A DNA stretch of 64,000 nt from Eledone cirrhosa (GCA_964016885.1 OZ024747.1:50592001-50656000); one strand, 5' to 3'; shown: positions 14,274 through 28,606, counted from the stretch's first letter. Made by a program: numbers and translations. Notes: generated by a model not told the origin, from the letters alone.

Positions 14274-14457
14274 CCCCGACGGCAGAGCTCAAGCCGTTTC
14301 GACGGCTATTTCAGAACTGAGTCCAGAAATAGCCGTCGAAACGGCTTGAGCTCTGCCGTCGGGGTCAAACATTTTCCTATTACCCACTCTACTACTCTAA
14401 GTATTGAGTACTCTGGTGCGTTATGATCCATCTGGCACCTTACCACACCTCCTTCGT

Positions 14458-14460
<3 letters not shown>
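14274..14460 (+). mobile_element. Fold-back family A copy
   Basis: Palindrome 14274-14364 plus a unique 3' tail shared with the 7.6 and 23.8 kb copies; lies between microsatellite tracts. Confidence 0.8.
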
Positions 14461-14504
<44 letters not shown>

Positions 14505-14506
14505 GA

Positions 14507-14547
<41 letters not shown>

Positions 14548-15097
14548 TGTATATATAGTGTATTTTGCAATACACTGTATGCTTAATTAAAAGCATTTCG
14601 AAGACCTAACGCTATTGATTTAGAGTATTGACAGTCTCACTTACTTTGATTTTCAATTCTAATTTTCAATATATATATATATTGACGTAGGTAGATTAGT
14701 TGAGTTGATAACAGAACTATATAAGGCAGAGAGATATATTCGAAGCTCGAATGTGATTTTATTATCCACAGTACGATTGGCAAAAGACGGTTCATAGATT
14801 AATCGAATTTGTAAATTTCACTGATAGTAGTTTTACAACTGCTATAAATATATAACCAAGTTTTAATTCATTATCTAATTGATTTATACGCGTTTATTTA
14901 AAATACAGACGGAAGTAGCTGTTTATTCCTTTGTAATCAAATCTTCAGAATCGTTAATACTATAAAAAAGATAGCTTTTTAACAACCGCGTGTCAGAATG
15001 TCTTCAAACATGAAGACATTTGAAAATGTAAACAAGATTTATACATAGTCCAGAAAGCGTTAAAAATTATGGGAGACTAAAGGTACAAATTAAAATC

Positions 15098-15555
15098 AGG
15101 TTTAACTTTGCCTTTCATCCTTACGGGTCGATCAAATAAAGTACCAGTAATGCACCGAGGTTGATTGCTGGCCTAAAAGTAGAAACAATTATTAATACAA
15201 ATACCATGAAGTGGTTAATTTGACTCTTCAAACTTAATATATGTATTTAAATAAACATTATACGATTAAAATTAGAGCTTATAAATGTATTGTTTCTACA
15301 TTTGGCACAAGGCCAGCAATTACTCAGTACATTACTGGTACTTTATTTTATCGACCCCGTAAGGATGAAAGGCAAAGTTGACCTCGCGGATTTGAACTCA
15401 GAATGGAAAGGGCCGTAACTCTATGCGTCAAAGCATGGTGTCTGACCCTCTACCGATACTGCCAATCCGTAATAATTGTTTCTACTTTAGGCACAAGGCC
15501 AGCAAATACCCAGTACATTACTGGTACTTTATTTTATCCAAAAGTAGAAACAATT
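15098..15555. mobile_element. SINE cluster (3' part on +, near-full and partial copies on -)
   Basis: Core on + at about 15100-15195; copies on - at about 15290-15468 and 15470-15537. Confidence 0.88.
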
Positions 15556-15832
15556 ATATCTCTCATTAGAAATGAATGCATGTTTAGATACGTAGATATA
15601 TAAATTACAGTGTACTCTCTAATGTTGAATAGATTAACCCTAGGAAGGCCTGCTGCACAGACACCGTCACCATGTACATCAACAACATTAACCCCACTAC
15701 ATAAAACAGTAACCATGAGTTAAAAAAGGAGTCTCTGCATGGTTGTTCAACCTGCTAGAAGTAACAGCCAAGCCTTCCTTAAATCACAACCGAATGTTTT
15801 AGAAAAAGCACTTCGGATAATGTGGTCCTACA

Positions 15833-17280
15833 TCAGCAGCAGCAGCACCACCACCACTAACAACATCACCAACACACCAATACCACCAACACTACCAACA
15901 ACACCAACACCACCAATACCACCAACACCACCACCAACACCAACACTACCACACCACCAACATCAACAACATCACCAGCACGACCAACACCACCACACCA
16001 CCACCACCACCACTACCACCAGCACCACCAACACCACCAACACCACTACTACCAACACGACCACAACCACCACCACCACCACACCACCAACACCACCAAC
16101 AATACCACAACACCACCACCAGCACATTAGCACCACCAACACCACCACCAGCACCACCAACACTACCAACACCACCAATACCACCAACACCACCACCAAC
16201 ACCAACACTACCAACACCACCAACATCAACAACATCACCAGCACGACCAACACCACCAACACCACCACCACCACCACTACCACCAGCACCACCAACACCA
16301 CCAACACCACTACTACCAACACGACCACAACCACCACCACCACCAACACCACCAACACCACCAACAATACCACCACACCACCAACACCACCATCACCACC
16401 AACACCACCAACAACACCAACAACACCACCACCACCACCATTAGCACCACCAACACCACCAGCACCACCACCAACACTACAACACACCAACAACACCAAC
16501 AACACCACCACCATTAACACCATCACACCACCACTACCACCACCACCACCACCAACACCACCATCACCACCAACACCACCAACAACACCAACAACACCAC
16601 CACCAGCACCACCAACACTACCAACAACACCAACACCACCACCAGCACCACCACCAACACTACCAACACCACCAACAACACCAACAACACCACCACCATT
16701 AACACCATCACACCACCACTACCACCACCAGCACCACCAACACCACCATCACCACCAACACCACCAACAACACCAACAACACCACCACCACCACCATTAG
16801 CACCACCAACACTACCAACACCACCAACACCACCACCAGCACCACCACCAACACTACCAACACCACCAACAACACCAACACCACCACCACCATTAACACC
16901 ATCACACCACCACTACCACCACCAGCACCACCAACACCACCATCACCACCAACACCACCAACTGAACAACACCACCACCACCACCACCACTAACACCACC
17001 ACCACCACCACCAACACCACCACCACCACCACCAACACCACCAACACCAGCACCAGCACCACAAACACTACAACCACCACCAGCATCATCACCACCACCA
17101 CCACCACCACAAACACCACCACCGCCACCACAATCACTACAACCACCGCCGGCATCAGCACCACCAACACCACCACCACCACCACCACCAACACCACCAC
17201 CGCGAACACCACCACCACCACCACCAGCATCAGCGACAACAACACAGCCACCACCACTGCCGCCATCACAAAAACCAACA
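15833..17280. repeat. (ACC/AAC)n degenerate repeat with higher-order duplications
   Basis: Directly visible; the anchor CCATTAACACCATCACACCACCACT recurs. Confidence 0.9.
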
Positions 17281-17783
17281 ATAGCCTGTAGGGATGGTGG
17301 GGGAGATGGGGGGGGGGGAGATCAAGGGGGAGATGGAAGGGAAGATGGAGACTGGGGAGGTGAAGACATTTCCAGAGATAAACGTCTATTAGTTGATAAA
17401 GAATTCATGGTGTTTTCAAAGCCACCATTTTTGTTGTGTGTTTTATACATTCATACATAAATACATATATACATACATATATATATGCATGCATATATAT
17501 ATATATACACATACATATAATGTATATATATATATATATACATATAATGCATATATATATATATAAATATATATATATATACATGTATATATATATATAT
17601 ATATATATGTGTGTATATATGTGTATATATGTATATATGTGTGCGCATTTGTGTGCGTGCGTGTATATATATGTATATATACACATACATACATACATAT
17701 ATATTTATATCTATATCTGTCTATCTATCGCTCTATCTATTTACCTCTCTCTCTTTATATATATATATATATATATATATGAG

Positions 17784-17881
<98 letters not shown>

Positions 17882-18303
17882 TTATATATATAAAGAAGAT
17901 GGAAAGAAGAAAAAAAATCAGGGTCATTTTGTAAAATTGTGAAACCGTGATGGTGTCTGTGACACAGCCTTGGGGCACTTTTACAGACTGCTGGGGTGTA
18001 TTCTTGTCTAACGACCTCTGTGGACCACTTCTTGATAAAAATAGAGAAATGGCCTCACTTCAGAGGGAGAGAGTTCTCTTTCTAATTTATTTGGGATTTC
18101 CTTTCGTGTAACATTCACTTTTTTTTTTCTGTAGTCATTTTTGTGTGTATTTTTATTTAGTGTTTGTTTTGATATCTTTTTTTTAATTTTTTTATTTATT
18201 TTGTTTTGCATCGTTCTTTGATTTTTCTTGGTATTTTTCATGTTTGTTTTGTAGATGCTATCATTTTTCCTAACTTTATTCTATATATTTTCTGATTCAA
18301 TAC

Positions 18304-18391
<88 letters not shown>

Positions 18392-18443
18392 GTACGCACA
18401 TAAATGTACATATATAAATATATGTACATATACGTACACGCAC

Positions 18444-18489
<46 letters not shown>

Positions 18490-18535
18490 TTACATATATA
18501 CATATATATATATATATACATATATATATATTTAC

Positions 18536-18636
<101 letters not shown>

Positions 18637-18853
18637 TATACGTATACACACATATGTATATATATATATATATGTATATATACTACGTGGCGGGAGACGG
18701 ATCGTGTGTGTGACTGTAATTACAGATATGAATTTTACGTTGCATGTGTTCGTGTGTGTAAAGAAATATTATTCAAAATGCTTACACACTCACAGACATA
18801 GATGCATGCAGTCTCACACGCAGACATACACATAAGGACACATACATATACAC

Positions 18854-18956
<103 letters not shown>

Positions 18957-19159
18957 CATATATATATATATGTATATAAATATATATATATATATATACA
19001 TAATATATATATATATACATATATATATATACATATATATAATATATACATATATATATATATGTGTGTGTGTTTAAATATATATGTATATATTTAAACA
19101 CACACACATATATATATATATATATACACACATATATATATATACATATATATATACAC

Positions 19160-19358
<199 letters not shown>

Positions 19359-19506
19359 GTAGATAAATAGATAAATAATAATATAGATAGATAAACAGAT
19401 TGCTTGATAGATAGATAGATACATAAATAGATAGATAGATAAATAGGTAGATAGATAAATAGATAGATAGATAAATAGGTACATAGATAAATAGCTACAT
19501 AGATAA

Positions 19507-19573
<67 letters not shown>

Positions 19574-20139
19574 CAAGACATAAAGGAGATAGATTAATGG
19601 ACATACATTGGTTACCTTTGTAGCATTTGTAAAAGATTGAAAATAAGAAATTAGCAGTAGCAGAGTTGACAATCTTTCGAATCTATTGCCTGAGGAGATG
19701 AACCCATGTCTGATGATAGGAAGACATTTCCTCACGTGGTGAACATTGTAATAACAATACAAATATTACAGCCAACCAACTAAATGATCAAGTAGGTATG
19801 TATGTATGTATGTATGTATGTATGTATGTATGTATGTATGTATGTATGTATGTATGTATGTATGTATGTATGTATGTATGTATATGTATTTTATATATGC
19901 ATGTATATATGTATGTATGTATGCATATGTATTTATATATGCATGTATATATGTATGTATGTTTGCACGTATGTATGTATTTATATATGTATGTATGTAT
20001 TTTTGAATGTATGTATGTTTGTAAGTATTTGTGTGTATATATGTATATATAAATATATATATATTTTATGTGTGTGTGTGTGTGCGTGTGCACGCATTTC
20101 TATAAATATATACACACACACACACATACACACACTCAC

Positions 20140-20208
<69 letters not shown>

Positions 20209-20284
20209 TATATAAGCTTCCAACAGAAATGGTCGCATTCTTTAAGGGTATATCTATATTTATTTATAAAACTGCCCTATATTA

Positions 20285-20349
20285 TATTTTATCTGATGAA
20301 AGCACACCATAATTTAACTTGGTGTCCTTGAAATATGTATAATGAAATA
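20285..20349 (+). ncRNA. Type I hammerhead ribozyme motif (family G)
   Basis: UAUUUUAU-CUGAUGA-AAGcACACCA-uaauuuaacu-UGGUGUcCUU-GAAA-uaugua-UA-AUGAAAUA. Confidence 0.72.
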
Positions 20350-20528
20350 AATATGGTTTTATAAATATAGTTTCCATTTGTTAATATATCGTATTTTTAC
20401 TCCAATAATTTATTGAGTGCTTTATATCAGTTATAAAAATATTTGCTTGTTGTATCCCAACAATTTAAATAGAACTTCTACATATATATATATATATATA
20501 TATTTATATATTTATAAATGCGTATATG

Positions 20529-20622
<94 letters not shown>

Positions 20623-20749
20623 AATATGATAATAATGGAGCTGCGGCGTTGCAAATGGGTTACATATAAAAAAGTGAGTCCTTCATCAGTGACCCTCCAA
20701 CCGTCCTAGGCATTTCATCGCTTTAAGGGCCAAATATATATATATATAT

Positions 20750-21160
20750 GGTGGCTGCCAACTCGGTTTCGAGTACGGCCACTACTTTATATCCACGTAG
20801 GAGAACCCCTACCGATGCGCTGAACGAGTGTGACTTTCTAGTCCAGCCTGCGACATGAAAACTCTGGTACAAACACTACACTTGTGACAATTATTGACAC
20901 ATAGTGCTGCGCCCATGGTACCATGTGACGACAAGTGCAGAGAGATCTCCAGATATAAAGCAATGCCTGTGCCGTGAAGCTTTTATAGTGAGCAAAGGCA
21001 CTGCACAAAGCCAGTCCCACTCTCTTAACCAAGATGATATTTACCAAAAAGAAGAACAAGTCAACATCATTGGATACCATCAGGGTTGCAGGTGTTATAT
21101 CAGAGTTTTCCTTCTCCTAGAATTCTGCCTTGACAAAGGCTAAGGGGTCATCTCTCCCGG
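20750..21160 (-). mobile_element. RTE-derived element, 5'-truncated copy
   Basis: Reverse complement of 5483-5893 with few substitutions. Confidence 0.85.
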
Positions 21161-21522
21161 ATATATATATATACATACATACATACATTTATACATATGT
21201 ATGTGTGTATGTGTGTGTAGATCAACAAAAGTGTATACAATAGAAAATGCCAGTATCGTATGGTAAGTGTGGGAAAGATTCCACTTTGACTATTTCTAGC
21301 GTTAGAATGATTTTGATGATGTTGTTGTTGCCGTTTTAATGTTCACAATGGGGATGATGATGGTGTTGGTGATAATGTTGTTTGCGCTGATGATGATGGT
21401 GGTGGCAATGATGATGAAAATGATGATGTTGATAATGGTGAAGGTAATGATAATGATGTGTATGATAATCATTTTCTTATTGAAAGGGAAGGGCAAGTTT
21501 GTAAAAAAAAAAAAAAAATCGA

Positions 21523-22245
21523 TAATAATTGTTTCTACTTCTGACAAGTTAACCTCGGCGTGATTTGAACTCAGAATGGCAAGGGCCGTAACTCTATCCA
21601 TGAAGGCATAGCGTATTATAATAATAATTGTTTCTACTTTTGGCACAAGGCCAGCAATTACCTCAGTGCATTACTGGTACTTTATTTTATCGACCCCGTA
21701 ATGATGAAAGGCAAAGTTAACCTCGGCGGGATTTGAACTCTGAATGACAAGGGCCGTAACTCTATGCATCAAAGCATGGCGTCCGACCCTCCACCGATAC
21801 TGCCAATCCACCGCCCTAATAATAATAATAATAATAATAATAATTGTTTCTACTTTAGGCACAAGGCCAGCAATCACCCAGTGCATTACTGGTACTTTAT
21901 TTTATCGACCCCGTAAGGATGAAAAGCAAAGTTAACCTCGGCGGCATTTGAACTCAGTCCGTAAAGGGACATAACTGTGCTACAAAGCATGGCGTCCGAC
22001 CCTCTATCAATATTGCCAATCCACCAATAATAATGATTTCTGATTTAGGCACGAGGCCAGCAATTTTCAGGGAGGGGAAAAGTCGATTAAATCTACCCCT
22101 GTGCGTGACTGGTACTTTATTTTCTCGACCCAGAAAGGATGCGAAGCAAAGCTCATCTCGGAAGCATTTGAACTCAGAACATAAAGAGCTCTAACTATAT
22201 GTCGCAAAGCACGTTGTCTGACGCTCTACCGATTCTGCCAACCTA
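21523..22245 (-). mobile_element. Tandem head-to-tail SINE array (4 units, the last a longer older variant)
   Basis: Units at about 21523-21610, 21618-21817, 21818-22025 and 22026-22245, separated by (AAT)n. Confidence 0.9.
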
Positions 22246-22404
22246 AATAATAATAATCTAGGGCAAAGATTTGCAGCACTACATGAGAAGTGCCACGATG
22301 TCGATTGGTGAAAGGAATTTTTCGTGTTTTTTTCACGGAATATATAAATAGAAAAAAAAAACTAGCATCCTTGATATTTACAAGAGAGAATAGTCAGAGC
22401 ATTG

Positions 22405-22800
22405 CTGAAAGCAACAACAACAATAACAACAACAGCAACAAACCTAAAATAACAGCAGCAGCAACAACAGCAACAACAAAGAGAATAACAACAGCAACAA
22501 CAACAGCAACTACAACAAAAAAACATCAGCAAATACAACAAGAGAAAATCAACAAAGAGAATAACAACAGCAACAACAACAGCAACTACAACAACAAAAA
22601 CATCAGCAAATACAACAAGAGAAAAAGCAACAAAGAGAATAACAACAACAGCAACTACAGCAACTACAACGACAGCAGCAACAACAGTAACAACTACAAC
22701 AACAACAACAGCAACTCGAACAATAGAAATCACAACAATAAGAATAAAAAAAACAACAACAACGGAAAGAATGACAGGAATAACAACAACAACATCAACG
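22405..22800. repeat. (AAC/AGC)n low-complexity repeat
   Basis: Directly visible. Confidence 0.85.
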
Positions 22801-23209
22801 TGAAAAAGACAAGAGGCACGAAATAGCCCAAAGCTGAAAATTTTAATTGTGATCAATAAATAGGATTTGATTGGACCGGAAGGATTTTAAAATATGAGGT
22901 TACATTATTATAGATCAATAGAAATATAATTCTAAATTAGCACACACACACACACATGCGCCTAGAAACACCAACATTTTACACGTGAACACACACACTT
23001 GCACCTAGACACACACACCTACATATGCACGTAAAGCACATACACACATACACATATATATATACACATATACATACTCAAAGAGAAGCATTCACATAAA
23101 TTTATACTGACACATATATACTGATACATATATATATATATATATACTGACACATATATATATATACTGACACATATATATATATATACTGACACATATA
23201 TATATGTCA

Positions 23210-23259
<50 letters not shown>

Positions 23260-23667
23260 CGAGAAGAAAGAAGAATACTGCGTGGTTGCACATGGGTTAC
23301 ATATGATAAAAATAGTCCTTCGTCAGTGATTTTCCAACCATCATTGGTATTTCATCGCATTAAAAATCATATACCTCAGGTTGGTGCGAGCAATAACTAA
23401 AAAAAGTTATTGGGACCAGTAAATCGCGTAAAGCGACGGGCAAAAGTAAACAACATAGAAGGATAAAAGCAAACCAAAGATAGGAAAAAAACAAGCAACA
23501 TGGTTGTCCGGTCAGCATAAGCTGGGTGGATTTCATGAGCGAAAGGTACAGACCGTCCGACGTGAGTGAGATGTAAGCAAGAAGAGACCCACTGTAAGCC
23601 AAACGGAAGGAAGTGAGAAGGGGAGAAACAGAGAGTGAGTGAGTGGAATATATATATATATATATAT

Positions 23668-23866
23668 ATAGGAACCAGTAAGATCCCGACGGCTGAGCTC
23701 AAGCCGTTTCGACGGATAATTCTGGACTCAGTCCAGAATTAGCCGTCGAAACGGCTTGAGCTCAGCCGTCGGGGTCTTACTGGTTCCTATTACCCACTCT
23801 ACTACCCCAAGTATTGAGTACTTTGGTGCGTTATGGTCCACCTGGTTCCTTACCACATTTCCTTCG

Positions 23867-23870
<4 letters not shown>
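23668..23870 (+). mobile_element. Fold-back family A, best-preserved copy
   Basis: Near-perfect 123-bp palindrome 23668-23790 with loop TCA at 23728-23730; the right arm has GAAACGGC-ttgagctca-GCCGTC; the tail runs into (TA)n. Confidence 0.85.
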
Positions 23871-23924
<54 letters not shown>

Positions 23925-23949
23925 ATACTTGGGGAGGCTCATATTTGTG

Positions 23950-24364
23950 TACGGCCACTACTTTATATCCATGTAGGAGAACCCCTACCGATGCGCTGAA
24001 CGAGTGTGACTTTTTAGTCCAGCCAGTGACTTAAAAACTCTGGTACAAACACTACACTTGTGACAATTATTGACACATAGTGCTGGGCCCATGGTACCAT
24101 GTGACGACAAATGCAGAGAGATCTCCAGATATAAAGCAATGCCTGTGCCGTGAAGCTTTTATAGTGAGCAAAGGCACTGCACAAAGCTAGTCCCACTCTC
24201 TTAACCAAGATGATATTTACCAAAAAGAAGAACAAGTCAACATCATTGGATACCATCAGGGTTGCAGGTGTTATATCAGAGTTTTCCTTCTCCTAGAATT
24301 CTGCCTTGACAAAGGCTAAGGGTCATCTCTCCCGGTGACAAAGGCTAAGGGGTCATCTCTCCCA
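23950..24364 (-). mobile_element. RTE-derived element copy joined to a PLE terminal motif
   Basis: Reverse complement of 5483-5870, directly preceded by tgttatacttggggaggctcatatttgtgt (23921-23950); about 28 bp duplicated at 24336-24363. Confidence 0.85.
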
Positions 24365-24392
24365 TCTCAGTATATATATATATATATATACT

Positions 24393-24477
<85 letters not shown>

Positions 24478-24480
24478 ATA

Positions 24481-24586
24481 TATAACGAAGGAAATAGGAA
24501 CAAGTATGACCCCGACGGCAGAGCTCAAGCCGTTTCGAATTAGCCGTCGAAACGGCTTGAGCTCTGCCGTCGGGGTCATACTTGTT

Positions 24587-24591
<5 letters not shown>
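24481..24591. mobile_element. Fold-back family A copy with deleted centre
   Basis: Palindrome 24494-24591 flanked by (TA)n. Confidence 0.8.
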
Positions 24592-24654
<63 letters not shown>

Positions 24655-24657
<3 letters not shown>

Positions 24658-25866
24658 CGTTAGGGGTGTGACAGTGAAAATTGCGACCGGAGAAAGGTTG
24701 CCACAAAAGCCATTACGACAACAAAAATACAAACAGGTTGAGGACGAACTTGGACCTGATCGATAGATATTATATAATATCTTCCGTGGATTGGCAGTAT
24801 CGGTAAAGAGTCGGACGCCATGCATAGTTACGTCCCTTTACGGTCTGAATTCAAATCCTGTCGAGGTTAACTTTGCCTTTCATCCTTACGGGGTCGATAA
24901 AATAAAGTACCAATAATGTACTGGGTAATTGCTGGCCTTGTGCCAAAAGCAGAAACAATTATATAATATCTTCGATTGGTTTCTGGGTGTACGAGAGCTA
25001 CACTCCAGGTTGCGCAATATGCAAGTCAGTAATGTATCCTAAGGTTCGTCTTCAACCTGTTTGTATTTTTGTTGTTGTAGTGGCTTTTGTGGCAACATTT
25101 CTCCGGCCGTAATTTTCATTGTGTCACACCCCTAACCTATTGTAATTACTCTGAGCTATAATTTATCGATTTATCGATATCATCTCATTGAGTGCTTCAC
25201 GCCAGCTTCTGAAGATTGATTTCGAAAAATGTTAATCACAGTTTCAACTTCGATTTTACTCACAATTATTATTATTATTTTCTCCCAGCCTTTATAATTG
25301 ATTAATTAATTGATTAATTGATTGATTATTTATTGTTTTTTTGATAACCTAGTTGAGAGTTTACTTTAGAGGCTGTGAATAGATTCCTTTGTTCAAACTT
25401 TTGAATTTATCCGCCAAAACCCGGATGTGAGTCTTCCTCTTTTCTTGAGAAAGAACACGTGACCCTGCTGCCAAAGTCACTGCTACAGTTCTTGGCAGTG
25501 GGTTTATTAAGCCGCGCTGGTGGAAAACTGAATGGGATATCCTCGTTCCATCTTAGGATACATTACTGGCTTGCATGTTACACAACTTGGAGTGTAGCTA
25601 TCGTATTCCCAGAAATCAATCGAAGATATTATATAATATCTATCGATCAGGTCCAGGTTCGTCTTAACCCGTTTGAATGTAGTGGCTTTTGTGGCAACAT
25701 TTCTCCGGCCGCAATTTTCAGTGTCACAGCCCTAACCTATTGTTATTACTCTGAGCTATAATATATCGATTTATCGATAGCATCTCATTGAGTGCTTCGC
25801 CACCTTCTGGAGATTGATTTCGAAAAATGCTAATCGGAGCTTCAACTTCGATTTTACTCACAATTT
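24655..25866. repeat. Unclassified repeat unit in inverted plus direct arrangement
   Basis: 24655-25043 (without the SINE) is the reverse complement of about 25551-25741; 25042-25267 is directly repeated at 25655-25866. Confidence 0.7.
24785..24957 (+). mobile_element. SINE with 16-bp target-site duplication
   Basis: ATTATATAATATCTTC at 24769-24784 and 24958-24973. Confidence 0.92.
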
Positions 25867-25884
25867 CTATTATTATTATTATTG

Positions 25885-26960
25885 TTATATGAGTCTCAGT
25901 CATTGATGTTATGTAACTGGAAAGTTTGTTGAAATGAATATCAAGCCACCACCTGCAGCCTCAGATGTTCAGGACGCATCGGAGGGTTCTTGCTGTTCCC
26001 AGCGAGCACGCCTTTTGAAGATTCCAAAAAGCGGGGCTGGACTAATCTTCTTTAACCATCCTTGGAAACTCTTTGAGATAGTACCTAGTGCACCTATGAC
26101 AATCGGGACGACCTTGATCTCATGGCAGTTCCAAATCCTTTTTAACTCCCACTTTAAGTCCTGATATCGGTTGATTTTCACCCTCTCCTTTTCTTGCACT
26201 CTCGTGTCGAATGGGCAGGCTACATCTACAATCAGGCACGATTTTTTTCCTTGTCCAAAACCACCAGGTCAGGTCTATTGTGTTCCAGTTTCTTGTCTGT
26301 CTGTATCCTAAAATCCCACAGCACCTTCACCTGATCGTTTTCCATCACCGACTCTGGCTTATGCTCATACCACTTCTCAGAATGTGGTAAATTGTTTACT
26401 TTACGTAGATGCCAGTGGATCACCCTGCCTATCACATCATGTCTCCAGCCTTTATAGTGAGTTTGGGCTAGGTGTTTACACTCGGATACACTGTGAGCCA
26501 CAGTTTCCTCTTTCTCTCTCCACAGATCCTACACAGTGAGCTAGCCTCCTCCTTGTCAATATGGTCTTTCACCCACCTCGTTCTGAGGGCTTGCTCTTGC
26601 GCAACCATTAGCATTCCTTCTGTAGCATGTTTAAGGTCTCCTCTTTTTAACCAGTTCCAATTCTGTGGATCTCTAAATTCCGTTTTCTTAAAGAAGGTGC
26701 TATGAAGGGATTTTTTATGAAGGTTGCCTTTCCTCCTTGTTATTATTTCCTCCTTAGACATCCCCTGGTCTATTGTTTTCTCCTCCAGTACAATTTTGAG
26801 CATTGGCTCCCTACTGTCAGTCACATATTTGCGCAGGTTGTTCTTCTCCATCTGAACACAGTCCTCTATGCTGATAAGACCTCTTCCACCTTCAGATCTC
26901 TTTAAGTAGAGTCTGTTGACATCACTCCTCTTGTGGAACATGTTGTAGATAGTCATTAGC
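25885..26960 (-). mobile_element. R4/Dong-type LINE, 5'-truncated copy
   Basis: Frameshifted ORF pieces RLYLKRSEGGRGL, CRICG..AH..SEC, RHD, RPDLVV; same 3'UTR and (AAT)n tail as the long copy. Confidence 0.92.
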
Positions 26961-27151
26961 ATAACATTCGTAGAGATCTTCGTGAATGGTACGAAGAAGG
27001 AGGAGTGTGTTAATCAAACGAGAGACCTCACACAAGTTCTTGCAGCACAGTGGACTCTACTAAAAGTACTCAATAGTCAGGTGTTAAACTGGGCATTGGT
27101 TAAAGTCTATATCCACTGTTACACCCAAAATAAGAATTTATCGCACAAAAT

Positions 27152-27238
27152 ATAGATCTCTATAGAGATGATGTGCTTGCTATATACGAGGACAACAATG
27201 CTCACTTATTAGATACACTCAGAAGAGATTTTATTTAA
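27152..27238 (+). pseudogene. Penelope-like reverse transcriptase fragment (YRDD motif)
   Basis: Manual translation IDLYRDDVLAIYEDNNAHLLDTLRRDFI*, resembling the GLYRDDGLA motif of PLE RTs. Short, so tentative. Confidence 0.5.
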
Positions 27239-27519
27239 GAGAATCAATATTTTCGCCATTAGGCATCCAGAAGGGGCTGCATCGTTCTTCTCACCACGTG
27301 TCCTGAACCAGCCAATGGAAGTCTCTATAATATACGATTTTCAGCTCCCTCCATTTCTTTATTTTTTTTACTTATCTGGAAGCATCTGAAAGAGTTGAAC
27401 GAAAATGTCCTGGTAATGCATAGATAAGCCTAACTGTTAAAACACAATAATGAGAAAGGAGAGGAAAATTGAAAAGGGCATTTACATATATATACATATA
27501 TACATACATACACACACAT

Positions 27520-27693
<174 letters not shown>

Positions 27694-27694
27694 C

Positions 27695-27781
<87 letters not shown>

Positions 27782-28299
27782 TGTGGTGCTGAAACCGAGG
27801 AGACCCTAATCATGGGAGTACGCAATGCATGGGCAGATGCAGAGTAGGTAAAAAGATATGTAAAATCCTGAGCGCGGCGCCATGCAGATTCAGCTCCTGA
27901 CATATATATACATATATATACATAATAGCGTAAGGTCTTCGAAATGCTTTTAATTAAGCATACAGTGTATTGCAAAATACACTGTATATACATTCATATA
28001 TATATCGCTGTTTCAGACGACCAATTCTAATTTTCAATTTCTGCTTGACCGGCAACCGCTCTGTATAATCAATTCCTGATTATTACTAAAATTCTATAAG
28101 AATCAAACATTCATGATTTTCAGCAAACAGTTGGAGTAGTTAGCTTTGATAAGTACCAAAAAGTACGAAACAGAGCTCTGTCAGCTTTATCTCCCTTGTT
28201 TGCTGAACATTTAACGTAAGTGAGACTGTCACTACTCCTAAACAATAGCGTAAGGTCTTCGAAATGCTTTTAATTAAGCATACAGTGTATTGTAAAATA

Positions 28300-28378
<79 letters not shown>

Positions 28379-28420
28379 CGAAACATAAGTCAATTGCATG
28401 AACTCATAATCCTTTATCTA

Positions 28421-28463
28421 CTGCTATATATATTTCGATGATGGCTATGACCTCATCAGGCAG
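28421..28463 (-). ncRNA. Minimal hammerhead ribozyme motif
   Basis: Minus strand: CUGC-CUGAUGA-GGU-cauagccauc-AUC-GAAA-UAUAUA-UA-GCAG; helix II is only 3 bp. Confidence 0.6.
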
Positions 28464-28525
28464 TTAGTCAGTTCTTAGATATGCCAGCTCTGTGTGTATA
28501 GTGTTGATGGTATCAGAGCCTTGGG

Positions 28526-28582
<57 letters not shown>

Positions 28583-28606
28583 GGCTTAACAAATCCACCT
28601 TGTATT

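Noticed and set aside
19685-19755. CTGAGGA and CTGATGA words as an HHR
   Set aside because: No properly placed GAAA or helix II; too degenerate to call.
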